64,000 nt of DNA from Eledone cirrhosa (taxonomy: Eukaryota), in contig OZ024744.1 in the NCBI GenBank assembly GCA_964016885.1, forward strand, positions 14,136,001 through 14,200,000. The letters run 5' to 3'. Below are positions 44,024 to 55,689 of the stretch, in pieces. The stretch's first letter is position 1. Every line of letters starts with the position of its first letter. A model generated the notes under the pieces. That model did no database searches. It saw nothing but the letters and a program-made list of their open reading frames with translations, and was not told where the DNA came from. The translations under genes were made by a program, and so were the position numbers.

Positions 44024-44095
44024 TACACCTTTAATAAGCGAAGCCAAATTTTATTTGACTTAATTATTTTATTTTATTTTATGTATATATATATA

Positions 44096-44343
44096 TATAT
44101 ATTGGTAAACGGAATAGAAAATGCTGACAAATTGTTCACAGTAGAAAAATGGTTTAATTAGGAATAAAAGAGTATTAGTGATTGTATGGGTTAGTATTCA
44201 GTTGTGGTTTTAAGTTTTTAAAAACTTAAAACCACAACTGAATACTAACCCATACAATCACTAATACTCTTTTATTCCTAATTAAACCATTTTTCAACTG
44301 TGAACAATTTGTCAGCATTTTCTATTCCGTTTACCAATATATA
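44096..44343. repeat. Spacerless palindrome, 124 bp arms, one mismatch
   Basis: Centre between 44219 and 44220 (ttttt|aaaaa); arms are reverse complements. Confidence 0.95.
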
Positions 44344-44372
44344 ATAACTTGTGTGTTACACCTCTATTCTTT

Positions 44373-44440
<68 letters not shown>

Positions 44441-44444
<4 letters not shown>

Positions 44445-44611
44445 TATGTATGTATACGTACATACATATATGTATACAGACGCACAGTAGTATGTATATA
44501 TATACACGTATCGGTTTACCGAACATTTATTATAATGCATGTATGTATATATATATACATACTACTGTGCGTCTGTATACATATATGTATGTACGTATAC
44601 ATACATACTTA
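44441..44611. repeat. Inverted repeat, ~66 bp arms, ~37 nt spacer
   Basis: taagtatg..cagacgcacagtagtatg / catactactgtgcgtctg..catactta. Confidence 0.85.
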
Positions 44612-44672
44612 CTTACATTTAAGTAAGTGCCGTACAAAGAGTGAGAAATGAAATTTCGTTTCATTCTATTCC

Positions 44673-44735
<63 letters not shown>

Positions 44736-44929
44736 GCGATATATATATAATGCGATAATATATATTTAATGCGATGAAATACCAATGATGGTTGGCAAAT
44801 CACTGATGAGGGACTAATTTTATAATATATAATCCACGTGCAACCATGCAGTATTCTTCTCCCCTTGTTTTTCATATATATATATATAAATACACACACA
44901 CACACATATATACAGTATATATATATATA

Positions 44930-45140
44930 ATCATCATCATCATCATCATCATCATCGTTTAACGTCTATATTCCATGCTACCATGGGTTAGACGGGAATT
45001 GTCCCACTTGAGGCAAGATTGATTGGACGTTCGTGTCTCGCTCGTATAGGACTATCTGTCAGGTTTTCTATAGCTTGATGCCCTTCCTAACACCAACCAC
45101 ATTCAGAGTGTGGACTGGGAGGTTTTTACCGTGTTACCTA
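44930..45140 (-). mobile_element. SINE fragment with V-domain-like core and (GAT)n tail
   Basis: Minus strand ggttggtgttaggaagggcatcaagctatagaaa core; tail gacgttaaacgatgatgat. Confidence 0.7.
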
Positions 45141-45959
45141 CACGGCCACATTATAACGTGAACTGTGTTTCTTTTTGTCGTGACACTTACACGGCCTCAT
45201 TAGTTTGGACTGGATGTTGTGGTACCAACATAACTTTACAGAGAAAGGGTGGTGTTGGTGGGAGTGGGAGGATGGAGTAGGGGTAGTGGGTTGGGGTGTA
45301 TATTTGGTTAAGAGGTGCCTACTGAGTGTAGGTTTCGCTTTGTACATAGGCAAGGCGGGTCTTATATATATATATATATATATATAAACAGTTATTGCAC
45401 CAAGAATAATAAAACGTCGGTGTGAAGGAGGAATTCATTTGCTTTAACATATGTTTCTGTGTCTATTATAATTGTCTACATATGCTGACTACAATATATA
45501 TTATTCAATCATATGCAATACTTAATTATTTATCACACTTCACCAGAAACCCTATAGTAGTGGAAGTCAACTATTCATTACGTGGTATAGTTCAGCAATG
45601 GAATTTTCGTTTAAGAAAAAAACTTTAAAATAGAATAGTCAGTTAGTGTGATAGTAGAGAGGTGAGGGAGTAAAGACTTTCAATCTGTGTGTTGTGATGT
45701 GGAACAATTATTCTTTGACCATTGATATGGGTGAACGTTTTGATGTTTACTATATATGGTCGAGAGGGTAGAGAAGGTTTAAAAAGAAGGACAGAAAAGG
45801 AGAAGGTAGAGATTAAGAGTAGGGTAGAGTGGGTAGGGAGGAAAGGAATTAAGAAAATGAGATTGTTTTTAATATTACTGATTCTTTGGGTGTGAAAAGT
45901 TCAAATGCCACAGGAAATGTACTATAGGGTGTAGTAAAACCTATCTACTTTGTTGATTC

Positions 45960-46466
45960 CTAATTATGTGTATGTCTGAGTTTGATCTAGTTCTCTTATT
46001 TCTGTTTCTTTATCTAACATAATATTAGTGCTTTTCACTAGTTTCCCTCTCTTCAGAGTTGCCTTGGCACATTTTTCTAGTCCAAATTTCATGACTATTT
46101 CTTTTGTGAATCCGTGTACAGTTTGTAGCAGTGTTTGGAGTTGTTTTCCATTTGTAACATACATCTTTAGATCATTTATACCCTAGCCCAGTTCTGTTTA
46201 GTGTTTCAGATAGTGGTGTTAATGCTAGGCATGAAAAGCAGTGGTGATAGGGAGTCACCTTGGAATATGCCTCTGTTGATTGGGATAGGCTCTGTTTTTA
46301 TTGTTTTATCTTTTGTTTGTATCAGCAGAATTGTTTGCCATTTACTCATGGCATGTTTGATAAATGTTGTTATTTTTGCTGATATTTTATTCATGGCTAG
46401 TGTGTTGAGTATCCATGTATGGGGAACAATGTGAAACACCTTTTGGTAATCAATCCAAGCCATGCT
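45960..46466 (-). mobile_element. R4/Dong-type RT fragment
   Basis: AWIDYQK..VPHTW, GIFQGDSLSPLLF, FGLEKCAK. Confidence 0.85.
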
Positions 46467-47043
46467 GTAGAAATAACTATAATTGTTATTATCATCATCA
46501 TCCCAACCATCTAGAAATAACAGCTAAATCTGTCAGAAATCACACCTTACTATCACACATCTACAATATGTTAACATTTTACATACGGACTTCCTTATCA
46601 TGAAACATGACAAAACAGTTCAACATAATTTGAATAACACAAGGGAAATAAAATGGGATTTGAGATTAAGAGTTATTTCCCTTAGACCTTATAAAATGTC
46701 ACTATATTTTTTAAATATTACTTTAAATATACAAGCTTTTATGCTCAACATCACGTCTTCATGCATCAATTGCTATTTTTTTACAATCCGAGACCCCACC
46801 ACCACTATAACAAATGTAAAAATCAACACCCAAGGTGTGATATTGTCCCCGAATCACAGGTCTAGACTGTTATTGAACTTTAAGTGGTATAGTTTTGTAT
46901 ATTTCTGCACGATATTGTTTTATAAATCTGACTTGTATAATAAATACGTTCATATTCGATATTAACTCACTTGTGACTGCAGATGAGTGAGATGTAATAT
47001 ATACATTGAAACAGTTTATATATATGTATTGTAAGTCATAGAC

Positions 47044-47314
47044 AAGGCGGCAAATTGGCGGAGTCGTTAGGATACCAGATAGAATGTTCTGTAGTATTCG
47101 ATTCGACTCTCTCCTCTCGGAATTCCGAGGACAATTTTGCTTTTAATCCATTCAAGGTCGATAAAAAGAAAGTAGCAATCTATCCCTTTACATTCTGAGT
47201 TCAAATTCTGCCTTGATTAACTTTGCCGTTCATCTTTACGGGGTCGATAAAATAAAATACCAGTAACGTATTGAGGTTGATTTCCTTTAAAATTGTTGAA
47301 CGTGTCTAAATCAG
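47044..47314 (+). mobile_element. tRNA-derived SINE with internally duplicated core, interrupted by an LTR element
   Basis: aggcggcaaattggcggagtcgttag head, two core copies; tail resumes after 49406. Confidence 0.75.
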
Positions 47315-49402
47315 TGTAGCGGTTGTCTCCCTTGTTTTGATTAGGATCTAGACGGGAAGTGGAACCCTTTCTGCAACTTCCGGTCAGAGCCCTATAAAAC
47401 TAACAACTTTAAGCTTCCTCTCTCTCATTGCCCTGGTCAAGAGCTTCTCATTGGGCTCCGCCATTAATTTGGCCAACAGGCGCCTGGCCTTAGCCAGGCG
47501 TCCTCTGCCAGCCGCGTTTGCCTGGCAATCAAAACGGTAACTACTAACTTTGTTTCATTCTAACATCTATCTTTGAAATGTCAAGTATTCTATCTACCGT
47601 TAATTAAATATTATATACACAAACCATGTCTCGTTTTGTTACATTCATACAACCCAGTATCCTCGCTATATTGGTAACCCTAACGTGATACGAACACGCA
47701 GCCGTTCATCGCTATAAGTGGTCACCCCCCCCCCCCAAAAAAAAAGAAAAAAATAGCACATCTGGTTTTGTGAGTAACATTACGAATACACAGCAAATTT
47801 AGCGACAAACTATGAAAATACTCAAGGACACGCACACACGCACATGTGGAATTCGCACAGACAGACTTTTTCTCTCACGCATCAATTAACTGTCGCATTT
47901 CACCAATATATATATATGTTTCTCGTTTCTTACAACGAACACTTTCAAAACAAAAAAAAAAAAAACATTTCACGATATATATATATGTTTCTCGTTTCTT
48001 ACAACGAACTCTTTCAAAACAAAAAAAAAAAAAAAAAGAAATTTGATATTCTTTAAAAAACATTTCAACAGGAACATTTATTTTCGATGAACCATTGCCT
48101 TTTTGTTCATCGTTTTCTTCATCGTTCAAGTTTTTTGGTTTTTTTTTCCAAAGTTCACACCAATAATTATGCTGAGTGAAGCCTTTCTTTTTCATCATTG
48201 TCACTTTCAACATTGCACTATCATTTTCTCGCGCGTTAGAAATATTATTTTTTTTCAACCTTGTATTGGCACGTGTAGGCAGCACAAATTCTCGATTCAC
48301 AGAGATGTCTCTACTCACAGACAGCCGCACGCCAGAGATATCATTTATCACCAGGGATTCTTCAGCCTTAAGCTATATTCTTCTATTTGCCGGTTTATAA
48401 ATTTACAATGTAAATTTACAGTTGATAACCGCGCATTTATTAAGAATGCTTATTTCTCTGGTCGCTGGCCTCTTGACCCTTCCAGGTCAACGCATTCTCA
48501 ACATCGACCATCAACTTCGGCTGCTATTTCTAGCACTTTGCGCAACTAATTTTTTCTAAAAAAAATTTTTTTACTGTGAATTTAAACACCGAATACGCTC
48601 ACTCAGCGAGACAACAGCAGCAGCAACAGCAATACATCAATACAGCTTCACCAAAGCCAGAGAATTCATTTTTGCAGCACTCTTCCTGTGAGAAAATCCA
48701 TTCGGAGGTTGGAAATTTCACGATATACCACAGAACAGAAACCACCTGCATTCATTCTCTGGAACACACTTTCTTTCCTGCTGTCATGTGATTGCACACC
48801 TGTGAACTATATTTTGAACTTTGAGCTCTTCTATTACTTTTACTTTATTACATTGTATCTTTGGGTGATGGATAGATGGATGTCCAGTCGTTCTCTGGCC
48901 AAGAACGGTTGGCTACCTTGATATCTATCATTGATTTTTCCAAACATTCTTTTGTCGTAATTTTCATGCCTGTTACAACATTCTCGCCAACTTGCTACAT
49001 ATTTTCATTTCGATTTTTATACACTAAAATTCTGGCGGGAGGTTATGTAGCGGTTGTCTCCCTTGTTTTGATTAGGATCTAGACGGGAAGTGGAACCCTT
49101 TCTGCAACTTCCGGTCAGAGCCCTATAAAACTAACAACTTTAAGCTTCCTCTCTCTCATTGCCCTGGTCAAGAGCTTCTCATTGGGCTCCGCCATTAATT
49201 TGGCCAACAGGCGCCTGGCCTTAGCCAGGCGTCCTCTGCCAGCCGCGTTTGCCTGGCAATCAAAACGGTAACTACTAACTTTGTTTCATTCTAACATCTA
49301 TCTTTGACATGTCAAGTATTCTATCTACCGTTAATTAAATATTATATACACAAACCATGTCTCGTTTTGTTACATTCATACAACCTCAGTATTCTCGCTA
49401 TA
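47315..49402 (+). mobile_element. Non-autonomous LTR retroelement (no gag/pol)
   Basis: Near-identical LTRs 47315-47670 and 49046-49402 (TGTAGCG...CGCTATA), TCAG target duplication, PBS 47672-47703, purine tract ggcgggagg before the 3' LTR. Confidence 0.92.
47672..47703 (+). promoter_or_regulatory. Extended tRNA-Trp primer binding site
   Basis: tggtaaccctaacgtgatacgaacacgcagcc versus recalled tRNA-Trp complement TGGTGACCCCGACGTGATTTGAACACGCAACC. Confidence 0.75.
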
Positions 49403-50040
49403 TCAGAAAACGTTATTTATTTGAAGAGGAAATAAATGCGGAGGACTTTTAAGGGAAGGGGTAAACTCCTCACCCTCAGCTGGACGGTACATCTCAGCTG
49501 TTCCTCATGGACAAGATGGCGAAAAGTATTTCCGCGGAAAATAGCAATTAACACTTGCTACAACAACCATCCGGCTCACATCTTCAAACGAGAAACACTC
49601 CTTCCTGAGGATGAAACAACGATGAAGGAAGAGAGGACACCGGATGTCTTGATGGCAACTAGTACAAAAAGAAAGAGGTCGGTCAAATAGCGGTGTTTTT
49701 GTTGTTTTTTATCTTCCGCTCATCAACGTTAGAGGCGGCGGTGGTCATGGCGATCAGACTAGATCCGGAGAATATTTCATTTAGCATGTTTTATGTCATT
49801 GAAAAGACAAATGTTTCTACATATTCATCTCATGCTGAATCTTCCTGAGAATTAAGTTATGGCAACACGTACCATGGATATGGAAGCAGGTTGACCCGTT
49901 GTTCCAATAACTGGTACACTCATCGTCAGAACCGACGGGGGCCCAACAACAACACCACAACAATGTACAACCTACCTTAACTGAGCTCAAATTTTAGCGG
50001 TACAAATTATTTGGTTGTAGCCTGTTGAAATTGTTCATTT

Positions 50041-50108
<68 letters not shown>
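50041..50108. repeat. (GTA)n microsatellite
   Basis: Direct reading. Confidence 0.95.
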
Positions 50109-50109
<1 letters not shown>

Positions 50110-50879
50110 AAGTTGATAAGTGGGGTGTTTATTGGTCAAGTCTGGCCTCAGACAGGCTCACGCACCAGCTCGACCAGCACCGCCTTGCCTGTTTTAGTGC
50201 TGCCTCCAAACCCCACATTGGTGCCTGGCTCCATGCCTTGCCCTCCTTCTCCACGGGCACGCAGCTGGATAACAATAGCCTGCGCATCAGGGTTTACTAG
50301 AGGCTTGGACTCCGGATCTGCGAGCCACATAAATGTCGCTGTAGATCCACCGTGGACTCTTTCGGCCTTCACCCATTTTTTTGTCGCCACAGTGTCGGCC
50401 GCCTTCCACGCCATGCTGCCCTCAACGAAGTCATTAATCATGGCTTGGATGATGCAGGCTTCCCCTCTCAGCTTAAGTCGGTGGGGCTGGACCAAGGAGA
50501 CGGCAAAAGGCCAGATGGCATGACTATCTTCCCGTTCCGCGGTGGCAAACTCCTCGTCTGGGATGCCACTTGCAGCGAGACTTTCTCCAGCCGCAACCTG
50601 GTGCAGTCTGCGAGTAACCCAGGTTCTGCTGCACTTTGGGCTGAGCAGGGCAAACTCTCCAAGTACCGGTAGCTCTCCGACAGGTTTGCAGTCGAGTCCC
50701 TAGCAGTGGAGACGTTTGGTGTCCTTGGCCCTAGGGCTACCTCCCTACTGACCGCCACAGACACTGAGCTAGCCAACCGCAGGTGTGAGCTTTGCGAGAT
50801 GGAATGGCTCTTCCAGCGCATCTCCCTTACCATCATCTGGGGAAACGCCTTCTCCATTCTGTCCGCTGGGGCTGTGTGA
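50109..50879 (+). mobile_element. 5'-truncated CRE-clade non-LTR retrotransposon (CCHC + RLE)
   Basis: GAWLHALP, PHKCRC..VDSFGLHPFFC..GRLPRHAALN, DGKRPDG, LVWDATC, AVETFG..G, FQRISL.I..GNA. Confidence 0.85.
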
Positions 50880-51767
50880 CGGCCAGCACGTGGCACCCCA
50901 TTTGCTCATAATACAGAGAAATGGGGAGGGCAAGAGAGGTGGGGGTGATGACAATTGGTGTTCGGTTCTTCCGTGTTCCGACACATTTGTCAAACTGTAG
51001 GTTTTATGAAACTATTGTACCATAAATTAAACAGGCCTCTGACCACTAGAAAAGGAGAAGTAAATAATAACCAGTGAAGTGAAGTTGGTCTCAATGAGTC
51101 AAGAGCAGCTATGCCATATTCAAGGAAACAGAAAGTTGTAGTCCTTTGTTGTGTTGTGCAGTGATGTTACCACGGGGAAGATGCTTTTTCCCCATATCAT
51201 AAGAATTAACAAGACACTACTAATTTTAATGTTTTTATTTGTAATATGATTTACTTCGAAATCATGTGTAGCAATGAACAATGGAAAAAAGATGCACGTA
51301 AGATGTAGTGTGTTATCTGTGCAAATGTAATATTTACTAACTTGTGGTGGTAACCTACTCAGCTAGTACCAATCCCAGCAAGGCTGGTTAGCGAGTGTTT
51401 GTGACTGTGTATGTGGCTACATCACATGGCTGACTGAACAAGTTGTCTGTTTGTTGTAGTGACAGAAAAAAGAATATCTTCGAGGTCAAATCACTTGAAT
51501 ATCAAAGGATTAAGCTGCCCAGTAAGAACTGTCTTCTTCTCAGACACTCTGACGCCCTGCGCTTTCTATAAGAGAACGTTATCTAAGTCGGTGGCTCTGG
51601 GGTCACAGTCTTAAGGTGGTCGTGTGTGGCAGACTAAGAAAACAACAAAGTGACAAACCTGGTCTGACAAACGCCTATACTCTCCCCATTCTTTTTTGTA
51701 TGAATCTTGTTTTCATTCAACTGTATTAAGGTATAAAATTACTGATACTTATCATTGTTACTCTCAT

Positions 51768-51992
51768 ATCACTGAAGACTGTGTCTTTGGATTAACATAT
51801 ACCACATTCTTGACAGTAACATCTGTTAATTCCCCTCCTGGGTCTTCATGTAACTAACATTACTACTATATAACATTACAGTCACATCACTGAAAACTGT
51901 GTCTTTGGATTAACATATACCACATTCTTGACAGTAACATCTGTTAATTCTCCTCCTGGGTCTTCGTGTAACTAAAATTACTACTATATAAT
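51768..51992. repeat. Tandem duplication, ~119 bp period, two copies
   Basis: atcactgaa.actgtgtctttggattaac...ttactactatata occurs twice. Confidence 0.9.
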
Positions 51993-52094
51993 AATTGTTT
52001 CTACTTTAGGCACAACGCCAGTAAATACCCAGTGCATTACTGGTACTTTATAATTACTACTATATAATAATGGTAGTGTATGTTGTCCACAATA

Positions 52095-54792
52095 ATGGTA
52101 GTGTAGGTTGTCCACAATTTAAAGTAGTCGACAACACGAACCTCACATTTGTGATCTGTGAAGTCGACTTAGATAGATTCCATAGGCAAGGGCCTGGTTA
52201 CTGGAAGCTGAACGCGTCTTTCCCGGCGCGCAAAACTTACAGAGACTGGATTAACGAATTAGTTAAGCGTGCGTTGACGGGTGCAATCGTCAACAACAGG
52301 TGGTGGTTTACCCTGAAAAGGGCTAACCAGTAGTGATAGAGGAGTAGTGATAGAGGAAAATAGAGTAGAGGGAGAAATAGTTAGAAAACTAGAAGAGGCG
52401 TTTAGGACAGGCATCGCAATCGACGTGCTTGCGGCGAGATTGGCACTCGACCAATTCTTCAACGCAAAACACGAAGGCTGCATTGTCAGAGCTAGAGCGC
52501 ATGCTCTGATACACGAGGGGGACAAAAGCCGTCCAATGGGCCCGGGTGGTGGAGGCGCGACGTGGAAACAAAGCCACAATTCTGTCTTTGTCTGACCACA
52601 ACGGGTGAATATTGTTCGAATCTGAGCAGATGTGTGCGGCTTTTCAACAGCACTTTGTTCGATTGCTCAGGAGTGGCGGCGGTCAGGATCAGAGTATGGA
52701 CTTCGGGGCATATCTTGACGGACTGCCGCGGCTCACAACAACTGCAGCATAGTGCTGCGAAAGGCCGATAACAGCTGGTGAAATACGGGAAGCAATGTCT
52801 AATTGCACGAGGGGTAAATCGCCAGGTTTGGATGGTCTACTCTACGAGCTTTATGCGTACATGCCAGACTTATTCGGCGATCTCTTGGCAGATGTCTACT
52901 GCAACTGGCAGTAGATTGGGTATTTTGTGAGCCGGGGAGAAGTGGCGCTGCTGAGAAAAGACCAAGGGGGATGTTATCGATAACTTCAGGCCCATAACTC
53001 TGCTAAACGCAGAATTCAAGATTTTGGCCAAGGTGTTAGCAACGAGGTTGGCGCTTGTCGTCAAGGGTCAGGTGGGATAGGTGCAGACATGCGCCATTCT
53101 GGACAGATCCATACACGACAACCTCCACCTCATGCGATACATCATAGAGAGGGTGGTTAAGGAACCTGGCACGGGTGGGGCCCTGATCAACTTGGTTCAA
53201 TCCAAAGCATTCGATAGGGTCGACCATCTGTACCTGGCGGCGGTCCTCGAGGCAGTTGGTTTCGGGCCCGTTTTCAGGGGTTGTATCGCTGCGATGAACA
53301 GCGACATCTGCTCAGTTGTGAGGGTGAACGGTCACCTGTCGCAGCCGTTCAGCATCATGCGCTCAGTCCGCAATGGTTGTCCCCTCTCGTCCCTTTTGTA
53401 CGTATTGGCTCTCGAGCCGTTACTGCACAAACTGGGGGGGGGGGCGATGAGGGGCGTCCCACGCGAACTAGGAGGCAGGAAATCGCGCTCCCATGGTCAG
53501 ACGATCCATCTGCTGTCAATACCCATTGCGTGGAGGACTGGGCATGCCATGGCTGATGATGCGCAAACATGCGCTGAGGCTGCGACATCTCTGGTGCGTC
53601 TTTGACGGTGGCACGGGAGGGGCCCTGATCAACTTGGATCAATCCAAAGCATTCGATAGGGTCGACCAACGGTACCTGGTGGCGATCCTCGAGGCAGCCG
53701 GTTTTGGGCTCGTTTTCAGGGGTTAGATCGCTGCGATGTACAGCGACATCTGTTCAGTTGTGAGGGTGAACGGTCACCTGTCGCAGCTGTTAATCATCAT
53801 GTACTCAGTCCGCCAGGCTTGTCCTCTCTCGTCCCTTTTGTATGTATTGCTCTCAAGCCATTACTGCACAAACTGGGGGCTATGAGGGGCGTCCCACGCG
53901 AGTCACCTTATGCCGACGACGTAACCGTGGTGGTGTCGAGCACCAGACACGTCCAGATGCTCGGCCCCGCTCTCAAGGAATACGAAGCGGTGACAAGAGC
54001 AAAGGTAAACCAGGAAAGGTCGGTGGCGTTGCAGCTCGGCACCTGGAGAGGCAAGTCCATGCCCTCCGACAGCGTCGTGGGGCGTTGGACGGACGGACAG
54101 GTTAAATTGCTTGGGGTCTGGTTCAGACCGGACCTCCAGATGGAGAAAAACTGGAACGAGGTGACGAGCAAGGTGGCCTCCCTCACCCAGAAATGGGCCG
54201 AGAGGAAGCTGTCCCTGAAAGGCCGGGCGGAGGTGGCGAATGCGTACATCGCATCCGTCATCTGCTACCGCCTCACCGTCGTCCCTTGCCCCGACCGAAC
54301 TCTCACCAAAATGGAGCGTCTCCTCTTCCGCTTTTTGTGGAAGGGACGCGCTCCCATGGTCAGACGATCCATCTGCTGTCAACACCCGTTGCGTGGAGGA
54401 CTGGGCATGACATGGCTGATGATGCGCAAACATGCGCTGAGGCTGCGACATCTCTGGCGCTTCCTTGACGGTGAACGGGTGTGGTCGCCGTTCGCCAGGC
54501 ACGTTTTGCCACAGCTCGTCTCCTTGACGGAGCTGCAATCCTGGGTCAGAAAAAGACCGAGGGATAGCGCTTGGAAACTGAAATGTCTCTAGGTGCTCAA
54601 TGCCCTCTGCCAGCTTGGCACCAGTATCGGTAGAACATCCACCTCGGCGTTCTATAGAGGACTAGTGGAAGGGAAGAGCGACGACGTTCTCAGAGAGATC
54701 CTGGGCCTTGAAGAAGATCAGCTGTTTGCTCTCTTACGGAGAACTTTCAGCCCAGGGCCTCTGGATAACTTCCAAATATCCCTGGCCTGGCA
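52095..54792 (+). mobile_element. L1/Tx1-clade LINE fragment, copy 3, with internal duplication
   Basis: GPGYWKLN, KSPGLDGL, SKAFDRVD twice, YADD; homologous to 8370-10660 and 11600-13190. Confidence 0.9.
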
Positions 54793-54799
54793 TCTGAAC

Positions 54800-55327
54800 C
54801 ATTTGGAACGCACTTCGGAAAACAAAATTAAAAACAAACGAGGAAGAATATATTGAGACAGATGGCACTAAGGAATACTGGTGGAACCTGAAAATAAAAA
54901 CTGCCACCAAATTAAAGCACAACCGGCCTGATATTGTTGTTTGGGACCACACATTGAAAACGTGTTCCGTTGTGGAGATCAGCTGCCCACTTGATGTAAA
55001 CGTTGTCAGAAAAATACAGGAGAAGGAGGACATCTACGGACCATTGATGAGGAATTTACAAATCCAGTATCCAAGATACACCTTTAGCTTCATACCCCTC
55101 ATTATTGGTGCTACGGGTTATATACCAACCTGCTTGGACAAATGTATAACTGAACTTGGATTTGCGGACAAATTCATAGTCTACAAATGGCTGCGATAGC
55201 TGGCACCTTCAAAATTTGCAAAACATTCTTTCGATTCAAGGGATGACAAATTCTTTTCTTTTACAACCTTGCAAGAGGAAGGTGGCCGGTCAAAAATATA
55301 CTCGAAATTAAGAGAAAGAGAGAACAT
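54800..55327 (+). mobile_element. R4-clade (second family) 3' RLE fragment ending in (CATA)n
   Basis: EYWWN..KHNRPDIVVWD..VEISCP..PLIIGATG. Confidence 0.8.
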
Positions 55328-55364
55328 ATACATACATACATACATACATACATACATACATACA

Positions 55365-55400
<36 letters not shown>

Positions 55401-55404
55401 TATA

Positions 55405-55660
55405 TGGTGGCTGCCAACTCTTTTTCGAGTACGGCCACTACTTTATATCCATGTAGGAGAACCCCTACCGATGCGCTGAACGAGTGTGACTTTTTAGTCC
55501 AGCCAGCGACTTGAAAACTCTGGTACAAACACTACACTTGTGACAATTACTGACACATAGTGCATGGTACAATGTGATGACAAGTGCAGAGAGATCTCCA
55601 GATATAAAGCAATGCCTGTGTCGTGAAGGAGGGTGATTTTGGACATCCTGCAGGACTAAA
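55405..55660 (-). mobile_element. Probable RTE-clade LINE 3' end
   Basis: Terminal C2H2 finger CSVCTRVFKSLAGLKSHTRSAHR* followed by a short UTR and simple-repeat tail. Confidence 0.55.
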
Positions 55661-55689
55661 GACATACATATATACATACATACATAATA

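Larger units (their letters stand above)
39778..44085 (+). mobile_element. Penelope-like (Naiad-type) element, family B, with inverted 5' pLTR
   Basis: RMRWRA, ITLKDHK, LDIAGYYSSI, MGSSDSAQVTDLVG, GLYREDA (degenerate), RRRKITWYNP, YIGAT, CKLC, CRH (40355-42800, disrupted); flanked by (TA)n. Confidence 0.9.

Noticed and set aside
44130-44162. CUGACAA..GAAA hammerhead-like pattern inside the palindrome
   Set aside because: Non-canonical core, no stem I, AT-rich context
44790-44860. CUGAUGA followed by a hairpin as another hammerhead
   Set aside because: No GAAA after stem II and no stem I
47875-48549. ORFs inside the non-coding LTR element
   Set aside because: No recognisable motifs; they overlap on both strands and run through poly-A and tandem repeats
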